Both the position numbers and the translations under genes were made by a program. Positions 16,565 to 25,261 of a stretch of 64,000 nt of DNA are shown here, piece by piece; the stretch's first letter is position 1, and every line of letters starts with the position of its first letter. The notes under the pieces are model-generated. The model did no database searches. It was not told the DNA's origin and was given only the letters and a program-made list of their open reading frames with translations. This DNA is from a virus. The stretch covers positions 32,001 through 96,000 of IMG/VR virus record IMGVR_UViG_3300040959_000769. One strand, given 5' to 3'.

Positions 16565-17335
16565 CTAGTTTCTCTCTGTACCGCCAAACATCAAAAAACT
16601 TTCCTCAGGTAAAAACATTTTACCTATCTCAAAATACGCATCAAGTGTGTATTTCGTAGCGTAGTGACCAACGAAAACGTAGCGTTCGCCGCTAATCACT
16701 GGCTTTATGCCATGTTTGTACATTTCTGACGATGGCCAGCCGTACACCTCGCCTGCTTCTTGATCAATAACTAACGTCGGGTTGCTGTCAGGGGCTCCGT
16801 TAGCACAAAAGTAAATCTCGCCACCGTCAAAATCTTCGTTCAGTAGCAGCGAGCAACTTGAATCAAGAAGGAAAAGCGGGAAGGGTCGATTTCTAAAGAA
16901 GCCCCCAATATTTTCTAGTTGGTCGTTACTGAACCAACGTGAAACGATAGGTTGATCTGAATGTTGATTCATAAACGAACCAACTGGGTACTTTTTGATT
17001 GAGAACGACAAGCAGTGCATTTGATGTCCCCTGCTTTCCGTCATGAACTTTTCAGTTGGCTCAACTAGCTCATCCAGAATGAATTTCGCTGATGGATCGT
17101 CAACACCTAAGCCAGCCAGATGTGCCATAGGATCCCCAACTCGCAAACCGGATATGGGAAGCCAAGGCGACAAAACACTCATATTGAGTGTTCCACATTT
17201 CTGGTCAAAGGTGCGGTGGAGGGGAGAACTCTCACCAAGATCAGCGTTTTCAAATAGTTCAATAGCGTTTAGACACGTATCTTCAGATATGAGATTTTTT
17301 CTGGAAGCGAGTAAAGGAAATTCAGAACCGCTCAT
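16565..17335 (-). CDS. Fe(II)/2-oxoglutarate oxygenase (P4H-like)
   Basis: HSD...LNEDFDGGEI...HGIKPVISGERY facial triad and Arg. Confidence 0.85.
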   Translation of the reverse strand: MSGSEFPLLASRKNLISEDTCLNAIELFENADLGESSPLHRTFDQKCGTLNMSVLSPWLPISGLRVGDPMAHLAGLGVDDPSAKFILDELVEPTEKFMTESRGHQMHCLSFSIKKYPVGSFMNQHSDQPIVSRWFSNDQLENIGGFFRNRPFPLFLLDSSCSLLLNEDFDGGEIYFCANGAPDSNPTLVIDQEAGEVYGWPSSEMYKHGIKPVISGERYVFVGHYATKYTLDAYFEIGKMFLPEESFLMFGGTERN

Positions 17336-17349
17336 TCAGAAATAGTAAC

Positions 17350-17619
17350 TTAACTAGATTGCTTCGGAGGGCGTCCTCGCTTCTTCGGAGCAGGAGCCGC
17401 CTGATTCATATGCCACTCAATGTGGTCATCAACACGCTCACTAACCCGCCTGACGTCTGTCTTGACGTCTTCAACATCTCCGTGGATGTCTTTAAGGATG
17501 TCTCTCACCATTCCATGGTCGCGGTTGTTGTCTCTGCGTAGTTTCTCAATGAGGACTGTAAGTAATGTCCCAAGTCCGACTGCAACCGCTGCTACTGCTT
17601 CGCCCATGGAAATGTCCAT
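17350..17619 (-). CDS. small membrane protein with coiled coil (DUF2746-like)
   Basis: N-terminal TM, RDNNRDHG, basic tail. Confidence 0.7.
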   Translation of the reverse strand: MDISMGEAVAAVAVGLGTLLTVLIEKLRRDNNRDHGMVRDILKDIHGDVEDVKTDVRRVSERVDDHIEWHMNQAAPAPKKRGRPPKQSS

Positions 17620-17718
17620 GATCTTCCCTCTTCATCTAGAGATCTAGTGAGAGGGAACTTTTCCCTCGGTTACATTTTACAACAACTGCTTACACGTTTT
17701 AGTAAACGTTGACAGTTT

Positions 17719-18063
17719 TCACATTGATTTAGGCAACAAAAGACCTGCATCAACCAAGGAATCATTTAGGCATGAAGTCATCTTTATGTCACTGAAAAGA
17801 TAGCCGTAGAAAATTTCAGGTTCGCCTGATGACAGAACTGTCCCCACATAAACGACTGTATGTCCAGCAAACCAGTCATAGATGTAGTCGATCGCAGTTT
17901 GCCAACCAGGGGCATCGCTCATGGGGCTCGGTTCAGCCGGAGCCTCAACACCATGTAAATGCAAGCGTATCCGAGTAGATACACCAAACCCCAACTCAAT
18001 AAGAAGATCAATGGTCGTTGAGTCAACAATCTTGACAAGTTTGGCTTCATGGAGTGTCCTCAT
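17719..18063 (-). CDS. SNase/thermonuclease-fold protein, catalytic residues degenerate
   Basis: KIVDSTTIDLLIELGF...RLHLHGVEAP versus canonical VDGDT...RLxGIDTPE. Confidence 0.65.
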   Translation of the reverse strand: MRTLHEAKLVKIVDSTTIDLLIELGFGVSTRIRLHLHGVEAPAEPSPMSDAPGWQTAIDYIYDWFAGHTVVYVGTVLSSGEPEIFYGYLFSDIKMTSCLNDSLVDAGLLLPKSM

Positions 18064-18113
18064 AACCTTCCCCGATTATTGTTGAATCTCCACAGAGATG
18101 TCAATAGCGGAAA

Positions 18114-18245
18114 CTATTTGTCCCACTCTTTAGCAGTAGGTTCAGGCTTGCGCTTGGCAGGCACAGTTTTTGCTCTCAAAACGTTTTTGTCTGAGAACCT
18201 TTGGCGGTCTTCTTTTGACCATTTTGATTTAGTAGATGACGACAT
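18114..18245 (-). CDS. small basic protein (43 aa, not in ORF track)
   Basis: hand translation MSSSTKSKWSKEDRQRFSDKNVLRAKTVPAKRKPEPTAKEWDK. Confidence 0.55.
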   Translation of the reverse strand: MSSSTKSKWSKEDRQRFSDKNVLRAKTVPAKRKPEPTAKEWDK

Positions 18246-18255
18246 GATGGGATCC

Positions 18256-18348
18256 TTAGTTATTGAAAAAACTATTCAGTATTAAACCAGCCATCAAGAT
18301 ACCAGACATGAAAGAAATTATTGTGGCTACCCACAAGATTATCTTCAT
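18256..18348 (-). CDS. 30-aa single-TM peptide (not in ORF track)
   Basis: hand translation MKIILWVATIISFMSGILMAGLILNSFFNN. Confidence 0.4.
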   Translation of the reverse strand: MKIILWVATIISFMSGILMAGLILNSFFNN

Positions 18349-18363
18349 TAATGACTTCAAAGT

Positions 18364-18597
18364 TCAGTCGTCATCCTTCTTGGAACCCTTGGCACCGAAG
18401 TATCCACCGATGATACCGATGACACCGCCAAGAGCAGTCTGGACAAGCGTCATCACGTCAGAAGAAACTTCAACAGCCTCGCCAGTTGTTCGAGTCTCAA
18501 TAGCAGCAACGAGATAGTCGCCGACAATGGCAACGAGGATTGCTGCCATGACACCGACGGCAAGCACGTACATGGTTCTTTCTTTCATGTCTTTCAT
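18364..18597 (-). CDS. two-TM membrane protein
   Basis: two hydrophobic helices; GGYFG plus charged tail. Confidence 0.75.
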   Translation of the reverse strand: MKDMKERTMYVLAVGVMAAILVAIVGDYLVAAIETRTTGEAVEVSSDVMTLVQTALGGVIGIIGGYFGAKGSKKDDD

Positions 18598-20039
18598 TTC
18601 GATGCAGCTTTTCTGCGGATTGAGGAGATCCCGATAGTCAGAATCCCGGCGTTGATCATGATTACTGCAAGTATCAATCTGCTATTGGTTGAGCCACCTG
18701 TGACCGGAAGGACGCCGTGATCATGGCTTGAATGATCATGTTCTGTCGTCGTTGTAACAACTTCGGTTGTGGTGGGAGACTCGGTAGTCGCAGGCGCTGG
18801 TGCTGGAGCTTCAGTCGTTTCAGGAACTGGCGCTTCAGTAGTGGTTGGCGCTTCAGTAGTGGTTGGCGCTGCGGTCGTGGTAGGCGCTTGAGTCGTAGTC
18901 GGTGCTGCAGTAGTAGTTGGCGCTGCGGTCGTCGTAGGAGCCTCAGTGGTCGTAGTCGGAGGATTCCATGAAACAGTCGCGGAAACGGTCTTCTCAACAC
19001 CATTAACTGTTGCGGTCGCCGTGTAGACAGCAGTACCTTCGCTCTCAGTTCTCACCGTGATTGTGGCAACACCACTAGCGTCGGTGGTAGCCGTGAGCAC
19101 TTCGCCAGCATCTGGACCAGAACTAACCGTCACGGTAACTTCCACACCTTCCTGCGGCGTGCCATCAAGTGTTTGGGCTACCGCAGTGATAATGAGATCT
19201 TCCCCGGCATTCGGGTTCTCTGGGGAAATCGTCAAAGTGAAAGAACTTGGCAGTGAAACTTCGCCACCGCCGATGGACACTGCCACGATGCTTGATGATC
19301 CAGTTGGGTATTCCCATTCTGCAAGTGTCCTCAAACCACCAAGATCTCCGGTGAAGTATCCGTGCCAACAGGCGACAACGTCAGCGTTAGTCAAACCGAA
19401 ATCAGTAGTGCCATCAGCGGTAGCGTCTGGACCACCATTACACCCACCATCGTTGAATACAGCGTCAGGCAACAGGGCGGTAAGCCACCCGAAGGTGTTG
19501 TAGTTAGCAAACAAACCACCACCAGAGTTCACATAGTCAGCAATCTTCTCGGCGTTATCAGTGAACTTGCCGCTGATAGCCCCACTACGTCCCCAGTCGT
19601 CAGGAATCCAGATAACACGCGGCGGATCAGAAACAATGTTCGTCCCAAAGAATGTGTCAATTTCTGCTTCCGTATTGAAGAACTCGACTTCAGGGGCAGT
19701 ATCAAAAGATGAAAGGAAGATAGGAATCTGGGTGTCCCAGTCGCTACCGCACCCACCGACCGACGAACCAACACCCAGAATCGCAATTTTTCCGTTGTTG
19801 CCCGGCATCAAAGACTGCGAGTAAACACTGTCCAACACCTTGGCAATATAGTTTTCTGTTCCCTCTCCATACACGGCGTGACACGCAGGGTCCATGCCGT
19901 CCAAAACCATAGGTCCGCCACCGCTACCGGAGGCAAAAGCAGGCGTGCTAAACGATGGTGTCGGAACGACACTTAGGCATCCAATAGCAATTAGAGCAAC
20001 GCCAATGACATTCGCAACATTTCTCCGAACGAAACCCAT
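18594..20039 (-). CDS. secreted Ig-like (Big_1-type) Thr-rich protein with LPXTG sorting signal
   Basis: signal peptide, Ig-like block, TTT(A/E)AP repeats, LPVTG plus hydrophobic stretch plus RRK tail. Confidence 0.8.
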   Translation of the reverse strand: MGFVRRNVANVIGVALIAIGCLSVVPTPSFSTPAFASGSGGGPMVLDGMDPACHAVYGEGTENYIAKVLDSVYSQSLMPGNNGKIAILGVGSSVGGCGSDWDTQIPIFLSSFDTAPEVEFFNTEAEIDTFFGTNIVSDPPRVIWIPDDWGRSGAISGKFTDNAEKIADYVNSGGGLFANYNTFGWLTALLPDAVFNDGGCNGGPDATADGTTDFGLTNADVVACWHGYFTGDLGGLRTLAEWEYPTGSSSIVAVSIGGGEVSLPSSFTLTISPENPNAGEDLIITAVAQTLDGTPQEGVEVTVTVSSGPDAGEVLTATTDASGVATITVRTESEGTAVYTATATVNGVEKTVSATVSWNPPTTTTEAPTTTAAPTTTAAPTTTQAPTTTAAPTTTEAPTTTEAPVPETTEAPAPAPATTESPTTTEVVTTTTEHDHSSHDHGVLPVTGGSTNSRLILAVIMINAGILTIGISSIRRKAASK

Positions 20040-20072
20040 TTTTTAAGCCCCCTATTGGCTTTGCTGATTTTT

Positions 20073-21107
20073 TCAGCCAAACATTGCTTTCCAAGTGCGA
20101 GGACCGACAACACCATCAGCCGGACCACACTGAGCACGGTTTTGACGCTGGAAACGACGAACTGCTTCCAATGTGCGAGGACCAAACTTTCCGTCGGTCG
20201 CAACACCCACACGATTCTGGATTTGCTCAACAACGGGTCCTGAAGAAAGACGCTTGACTGGCGAACCAGGATAAGGCAACAACTTTGCCTCGGAACCGTC
20301 ATCGCCACCATCATCCGGCACAACAACCTTGGCGGCAGGCTTTTTCGCTGGAGCCTTGGGAGCAGGGGCTGAACCGCCATCATGATCGCAACCCTCAGCG
20401 GCGTGACCGGCAGACCCTGGTCCCCAAATGCCATCAACATGGAGATCATGCGTTGACTGCCAAGCACGCACAGCCTCTTCGGTCTTTGAACCAAAGTCAC
20501 CGTCAGCCGTAGCGCCAACAATCTCTTGCATTTCCTTGACTTCGTCACCTTTTGAACCCTTGGTCAGCCACGGCTTTTTGCCTCGTGGAGCCTTCGGCGC
20601 AGGAGCAGAAGCAGACGCTTTCACCTCAACGGGGGCGTCACCAAGGAGTTCTTTGAATGCGTCAATGTAGAACTGGGCGTCATCGGCTTTTTCATTCGAT
20701 ATCTCGACGTGTACCCAATCTCCGTTAGGTGCGCCGCTGAACGCCTTTTTGTCATAGACCTGCCAAGCATCTCGGTCGCATTTGTATCCGCGACCCCAAG
20801 GCTTTGGGTAGTAGTCAAAGACTGCTTCAATGTGAAGTGCGTCGGCGTTCTCCACGAGGAAGTCCATCATTTTGCAAGCGTCTTCGTAGTTACCAGTTCC
20901 ACGGTATGGCTTACCTCGCCAAGAAAGGTCCGCCCCTCGACCCGTCGCATGGACGCTGTACGAGGATTTTCCTCTTTTCTTACGAACGCCAAAGCTTCCG
21001 TTATTCCAAAGCCCAAAATGTGCTTCAAGAAGGTCAATGAGTGCTTCCATTCCAGCACGCTTGCCTGAAGCGATTTCGTCAAATCCGGTGTACGGGCGCT
21101 TAGCCAT
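20073..21107 (-). CDS. endolysin: M15-like Zn peptidase plus two peptidoglycan-binding domains
   Basis: H-x6-D (HATGRGAD) and WVHVE; two DG.FG..T..AV..(W/F)Q...DG..GP repeats. Confidence 0.85.
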   Translation of the reverse strand: MAKRPYTGFDEIASGKRAGMEALIDLLEAHFGLWNNGSFGVRKKRGKSSYSVHATGRGADLSWRGKPYRGTGNYEDACKMMDFLVENADALHIEAVFDYYPKPWGRGYKCDRDAWQVYDKKAFSGAPNGDWVHVEISNEKADDAQFYIDAFKELLGDAPVEVKASASAPAPKAPRGKKPWLTKGSKGDEVKEMQEIVGATADGDFGSKTEEAVRAWQSTHDLHVDGIWGPGSAGHAAEGCDHDGGSAPAPKAPAKKPAAKVVVPDDGGDDGSEAKLLPYPGSPVKRLSSGPVVEQIQNRVGVATDGKFGPRTLEAVRRFQRQNRAQCGPADGVVGPRTWKAMFG

Positions 21108-21179
21108 TACAAACTCCTTGGTTGTGGATGCTTCTATTTTAGCATTGTGAAGTTATGTGCTGTGGCTGAATGCCTTTAT

Positions 21180-21428
21180 TCACTTAGTCATGACTGGAGC
21201 TGCGGAAAAAACCTCGTTGATCTCTTCCTGATCAAGTTGACCGTCACCGACATAAGCGCGAGCCAAGCCTTCAACGACTTTTGCGACACCCGTAACGCCT
21301 GCCATCACAGCAGCCTGCCAAACTTCTATGCCGACAAGAGTTCCTGTGCCGATCATTCCGAGGGCAGTCATTACGAAATATGCAAATATCCTTTTTGCAA
21401 TTCCCCACCACATGTCCATATCATTCAT
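21180..21428 (-). CDS. holin-like membrane protein
   Basis: two TMs, acidic DGQLDQEEINEVF tail; directly upstream of the endolysin. Confidence 0.7.
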   Translation of the reverse strand: MNDMDMWWGIAKRIFAYFVMTALGMIGTGTLVGIEVWQAAVMAGVTGVAKVVEGLARAYVGDGQLDQEEINEVFSAAPVMTK

Positions 21429-21621
21429 CTCCTGAACTTGAAATAATTACCAGTAAATGGATCACCAAAGCAGAGATAGACATGTAAAGACCCCATTTGA
21501 GTGTGTCTCCACTCAAAGTGATCAAAACTAGACCCGTCCCAGCGAGTGTCCATGCAAGATCGCCCAACTCAAACCAAAGTTGAACAATCTTCTTTTTTAT
21601 TAGAGATAGTGCTTTCTTCAT
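21421..21621 (-). CDS. small two-TM membrane protein
   Basis: hydrophobic profile; lysis-cassette position. Confidence 0.7.
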   Translation of the reverse strand: MKKALSLIKKKIVQLWFELGDLAWTLAGTGLVLITLSGDTLKWGLYMSISALVIHLLVIISSSGDE

Positions 21622-21623
21622 TT

Positions 21624-23678
21624 TTATTTCCTCCCCCCTCGGGATGAAGATTTTGATTTGCTCACACCTCCAGCGGAACCACCGCCAGAAGTAGGGATAA
21701 CGACGGCAATTGTTGTTACCGCAGTGATGACGCGACGTGTTCCCACGTCAACTAGAGAGTCCTGAGGCACATAGTCGTCAAATCCGCCTTCGAAGATGTT
21801 GACTTCTTCCTCAAATGTCTCTTTGATCTCTTTAGATTCATCTGAAAGCTCTTTGGCGATAGCTTGTTTCACGCCGTCGTCAAGCGTTTCAAAGTTTTCA
21901 GATTGAACGATCTCGGTGATTTCTTCAACAGAGACTTCGCCGTCCAGAACGTGGGCTACGTCTTCGGCGAGTTCTTGATCTTCAATCTTTGAAATCAGGA
22001 GAACTTCGTCAGGCTCAACGTTCTTCAGATCCTCAATATCCAGAACCCCTTCTTCTGGTTCTGTCTGAATTACAACGTCATCAGGTAGCAGAGCCAGGTT
22101 TTCTGGAACGGTAGTAGGCGTCGGCGCTACGGTGGTCGTCGGGCTCGTCGTTGCAGGCAGGACAGTTGAGGTGGTCGTAGACGACGACGTCGTTGTCGGT
22201 GGCAACGATGTAGTGGTGGTTGTAGTTGGAGCGGTAGTGGTAGGTGCGACTGTCGTTGTTGTTGGCGGCGCTGTTGATGTGGTGGTTGTCGTGGAAGTGC
22301 TCGTAGTTGGGGGAACCGTAGTCGTCGAAGTAGTTGTTGATGGCGGCACCTCCGTTGTAGTCGTCGTTGTAGACGTTGTGGTGGGTATGGTTGTTGTAGA
22401 TGTTGTGGAAGTCGTTGTTGTTGGCGGCAGCGTTGTCGTTGTTGTCGTCGTTGATGTTGTGGTGGTTGTTGTCGTTGTCGTTGTGGTTGTTGTGGTTGTC
22501 GTTGGTGGCGGTGGTGCTGAAACCTCAATTTCCATCGTTTCACCGATGTGGCAGTCCCCTTCAGAACCACACGCCAGAATATTAAAATATTTAACACCAC
22601 TACCAATATCTTCGTATGCAACTGTGTAAGAAGTTTGAGAAAAAGTCCCAGTGCTGGAGATAGCACCTTCGTCTTCTAGTTCCCACATGTTCCCGGTGTC
22701 GTTCCAAGCGATTTGGTAATGAGATGGATCCACAAATCCGTCGGAAGAAGCGTCCCAACTAAACGTCAGATCCCCGGTCGCTCTGTCCACCACGTACGTT
22801 TGGTTGTCAACAACGTCGGGCATGTTCATGATTGTCGTTGACTGGACAGGCGTCCAGGAGGAGTACCTGGCTTCCGTGTCATTATCTGATCTGATAGCTA
22901 CGTTAAATAGCCCGTGAGCCTCGTTGAAAAGAGTTTCTATATATGAGGCGTCAAATGTGTATGCGGTGTTCAATGCGTTTTCGTCACCGACATTTCCCGT
23001 CGCCACTCCGTATGGACCGGCGTTGCCGTCATCGTTGAGACCAAATCCGATTGCGTATCGTTCAGGATCGAGTGTGCCACTGGTTGGTGCATCCCAGTCG
23101 GCGGTAACGGTTCCGTTGAAGTAGTCAACGGTCAGGGTGAGGTTTGTTGGTGCTCCGATTGTTTGCGGAACAGTTGTGGTCGTCGTCGTGGTCGTCGTGG
23201 TCGGTGTTCCACCAGTCAACTGAACATCTGTAATGACAAGTTCATAATCACTTGTCCCCCACTCGGGCGTGTTCCCAAGCCCTAACTGCTCAGGGTAATA
23301 TCCTGCGCGTAGGCGGTAGTCGCCAGCGTCCAGCGTCGTGTAAATCTTCGACGACACGCACTGGTCTTGATCGTTGAAGTTGCCGTCGTCGTCGTATGCG
23401 ATCAGTGTGTCTTTGTCGTCATACAACCATAGGTGTGGGTCAACTGTTGCCTCTTCGCACGACTGGTTACTGTTGCCGTAGATGACGACATCAGTGCCGT
23501 CCTGCTCAACTTCAAAGTACCAGTCGGATTCCTCGGTGACCGTGTAGGACGAGGCGTTGGCGGTAGGGGTGCCAGAAATAAACGCCAATATTGCTACAGG
23601 CGCAAATATTCCCCAAATCCCACGACGCCTATTACGAGACAAAAGCCCACCTCCACATAAATAATAGCAGGGAGTCAA
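21624..23678 (-). CDS. large surface protein: signal peptide, PPC-like and FN3-like domains, poly-Thr linker, C-terminal TM
   Basis: DPHLWLYD...DDDG (PPC-like), APTNLT...WDAP (FN3-like), long Thr run; start codon uncertain. Confidence 0.75.
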   Translation of the reverse strand: MTPCYYLCGGGLLSRNRRRGIWGIFAPVAILAFISGTPTANASSYTVTEESDWYFEVEQDGTDVVIYGNSNQSCEEATVDPHLWLYDDKDTLIAYDDDGNFNDQDQCVSSKIYTTLDAGDYRLRAGYYPEQLGLGNTPEWGTSDYELVITDVQLTGGTPTTTTTTTTTTVPQTIGAPTNLTLTVDYFNGTVTADWDAPTSGTLDPERYAIGFGLNDDGNAGPYGVATGNVGDENALNTAYTFDASYIETLFNEAHGLFNVAIRSDNDTEARYSSWTPVQSTTIMNMPDVVDNQTYVVDRATGDLTFSWDASSDGFVDPSHYQIAWNDTGNMWELEDEGAISSTGTFSQTSYTVAYEDIGSGVKYFNILACGSEGDCHIGETMEIEVSAPPPPTTTTTTTTTTTTTTTTSTTTTTTTLPPTTTTSTTSTTTIPTTTSTTTTTTEVPPSTTTSTTTVPPTTSTSTTTTTSTAPPTTTTVAPTTTAPTTTTTTSLPPTTTSSSTTTSTVLPATTSPTTTVAPTPTTVPENLALLPDDVVIQTEPEEGVLDIEDLKNVEPDEVLLISKIEDQELAEDVAHVLDGEVSVEEITEIVQSENFETLDDGVKQAIAKELSDESKEIKETFEEEVNIFEGGFDDYVPQDSLVDVGTRRVITAVTTIAVVIPTSGGGSAGGVSKSKSSSRGGRK

Positions 23679-23701
23679 ATAGTGCTATGTCCATAAAAGA
23701 G

Positions 23702-23731
23702 AAAACCCCCCGGCTCCGAAGAGCCGAGGGG
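23702..23731 (-). terminator. intrinsic terminator after major capsid gene
   Basis: minus strand CCCCTCGGCTC-TTCG-GAGCCGGGGGG-TTTT. Confidence 0.85.
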
Positions 23732-23754
23732 CAATCTCTACTGAGTGTTTATGT

Positions 23755-25116
23755 TCAGCTGGTGGGGGCTGCGTCAAACGAAACCTTGACGAATGCCTCC
23801 GGACGCTTCACCGCGAGGGCGAGGCGCTGCTCAGCAAGGACGACGATCGCGTTGCGAACGAAGAAGTCCGAGTGCTGCTCGCTGATACGGATGCTGGCCT
23901 GCTCACGGTCATACAACTGTGCGCCGGTTCCGAACGCTCCGACGAGAGCGGTGCCCTCGGCGATAGCAGGAGTCTCAATGACGGGGATCCGCCAGATGCG
24001 AGGCTCGCCACCCATGGCGACGGAGACAGCAACGAGGTACTGACCGTTGGCGTCCTTCGACAACTCAATCTCTTCCCAGTCGTTCGGGTGCATCACGACG
24101 CCGGTTGGCTCGTAGTACGAAAGGAACGAGAGGGTAGCGGCACGACGGATCGCATCAACCTTCTTATCGGTGAGGGCTGCGTTTGAAGCGTCGTAGTTGC
24201 CGTCAGACCAGTTGTAGGTCTGGATGTCGCTGGTCTGGAGGATACCGGTGAGGTTCTCACCAGTTCCGTCACCGTTGAGGAGCTGATCGTCCTCTTCAAG
24301 ACGGAGACCGTACATGAGCTCGTTGTCGATGATCGAGCGGAGTTGCGGCTCGTCAGCGAGAACGTTGCGGTGTGCGGCTTCCCAGTGAGCCAACGTGCGG
24401 ACAGGAGCCTGCTCGCCGATGAACTGCATCGAGGACTGCGGCTTCAAGTGGAAGTCCGAGCCGTTACGCTCAGCAACCGACGAAGCAGCGTTGACCGCAG
24501 AAGTGCCGGGGGTGGTGAACCCGATCATGCGGAAGTACTCGATGACCGCAGCGGTGGTGGTGCGAGCCGGGAACAGGTCGCGAACGCGACGGGTCCGGGT
24601 CGGCTGGTCCACAATCGGATCGCGCTGGATAGCGCCGAATGAACCAGGGGTACCGCTGGGGAGCGCCGAGTAGACGTCCTTGACGTTGTAACCGGTGAAG
24701 TCAGAGGTCTTGAGCTGCCAAGGCGACGGCATGTTCGCACCGTTACGACCCTGATTGAGGCTCTTGAACTCCTCCGAGGCAATGAAGAGCTCGCCGAGAG
24801 ACTTGGCGCTTGCACCCTTGCGGACGGCGTCGGCAACCTCGGTGGCGAACGCCTGGGCGTCAGCCTTCATGGCAACCGAGTCGGCGGCAGGAGCTTCGCT
24901 CCAACGCTCAACTTCGCGCATTCCCTCAATGCCCTCAATGAGGCTCTTGATTTCCTTGATGTCGGTCATGTTCTTGTCGAACGCCGACTTCTGCTCAGCA
25001 GTTACCTGCATGACGCCGTCTTCCATCTTGAAAGAATCGGCGATTTCCTTGTTGTCAGCCATCTTCTGGCGGAGTGCGCCTTGAAGTTCGCTGAGACGTG
25101 ATTCGTCTACTGACAT
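23755..25116 (-). CDS. HK97-fold major capsid protein with N-terminal delta domain
   Basis: LEEDDQLLNGDG, VMHPNDW...KDANGQYL, RIWRIPV, EQRLALAVKRPEAF; GAGGAG RBS; C-rich codon use. Confidence 0.93.
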   Translation of the reverse strand: MSVDESRLSELQGALRQKMADNKEIADSFKMEDGVMQVTAEQKSAFDKNMTDIKEIKSLIEGIEGMREVERWSEAPAADSVAMKADAQAFATEVADAVRKGASAKSLGELFIASEEFKSLNQGRNGANMPSPWQLKTSDFTGYNVKDVYSALPSGTPGSFGAIQRDPIVDQPTRTRRVRDLFPARTTTAAVIEYFRMIGFTTPGTSAVNAASSVAERNGSDFHLKPQSSMQFIGEQAPVRTLAHWEAAHRNVLADEPQLRSIIDNELMYGLRLEEDDQLLNGDGTGENLTGILQTSDIQTYNWSDGNYDASNAALTDKKVDAIRRAATLSFLSYYEPTGVVMHPNDWEEIELSKDANGQYLVAVSVAMGGEPRIWRIPVIETPAIAEGTALVGAFGTGAQLYDREQASIRISEQHSDFFVRNAIVVLAEQRLALAVKRPEAFVKVSFDAAPTS

Positions 25117-25261
25117 TGTTCCTACTCCTCGTAGAGTTGTGGTTGGGTTTTCTGGATGTTGTTTAGGACATCTAGGCTCAGGTAAGCACCCAGCCACTTG
25201 CTGTCTTGATTTACATGATAAACGATTGACATTTGCATCTAGTGGAACTAGATACTTTTAG

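Noticed and set aside
16396-16587. Minus-strand 63-aa ORF
   Set aside because: The plus-strand 39-aa zinc-ribbon ORF at the same place has a clearer motif and a -10 box.
22130-22510. GTT/GTC/GTG microsatellite-like tract and the antisense poly-Val ORF 22132-22629
   Set aside because: Reverse complement of the poly-Thr linker of CDS 21624-23678; same applies to 18830-18960.
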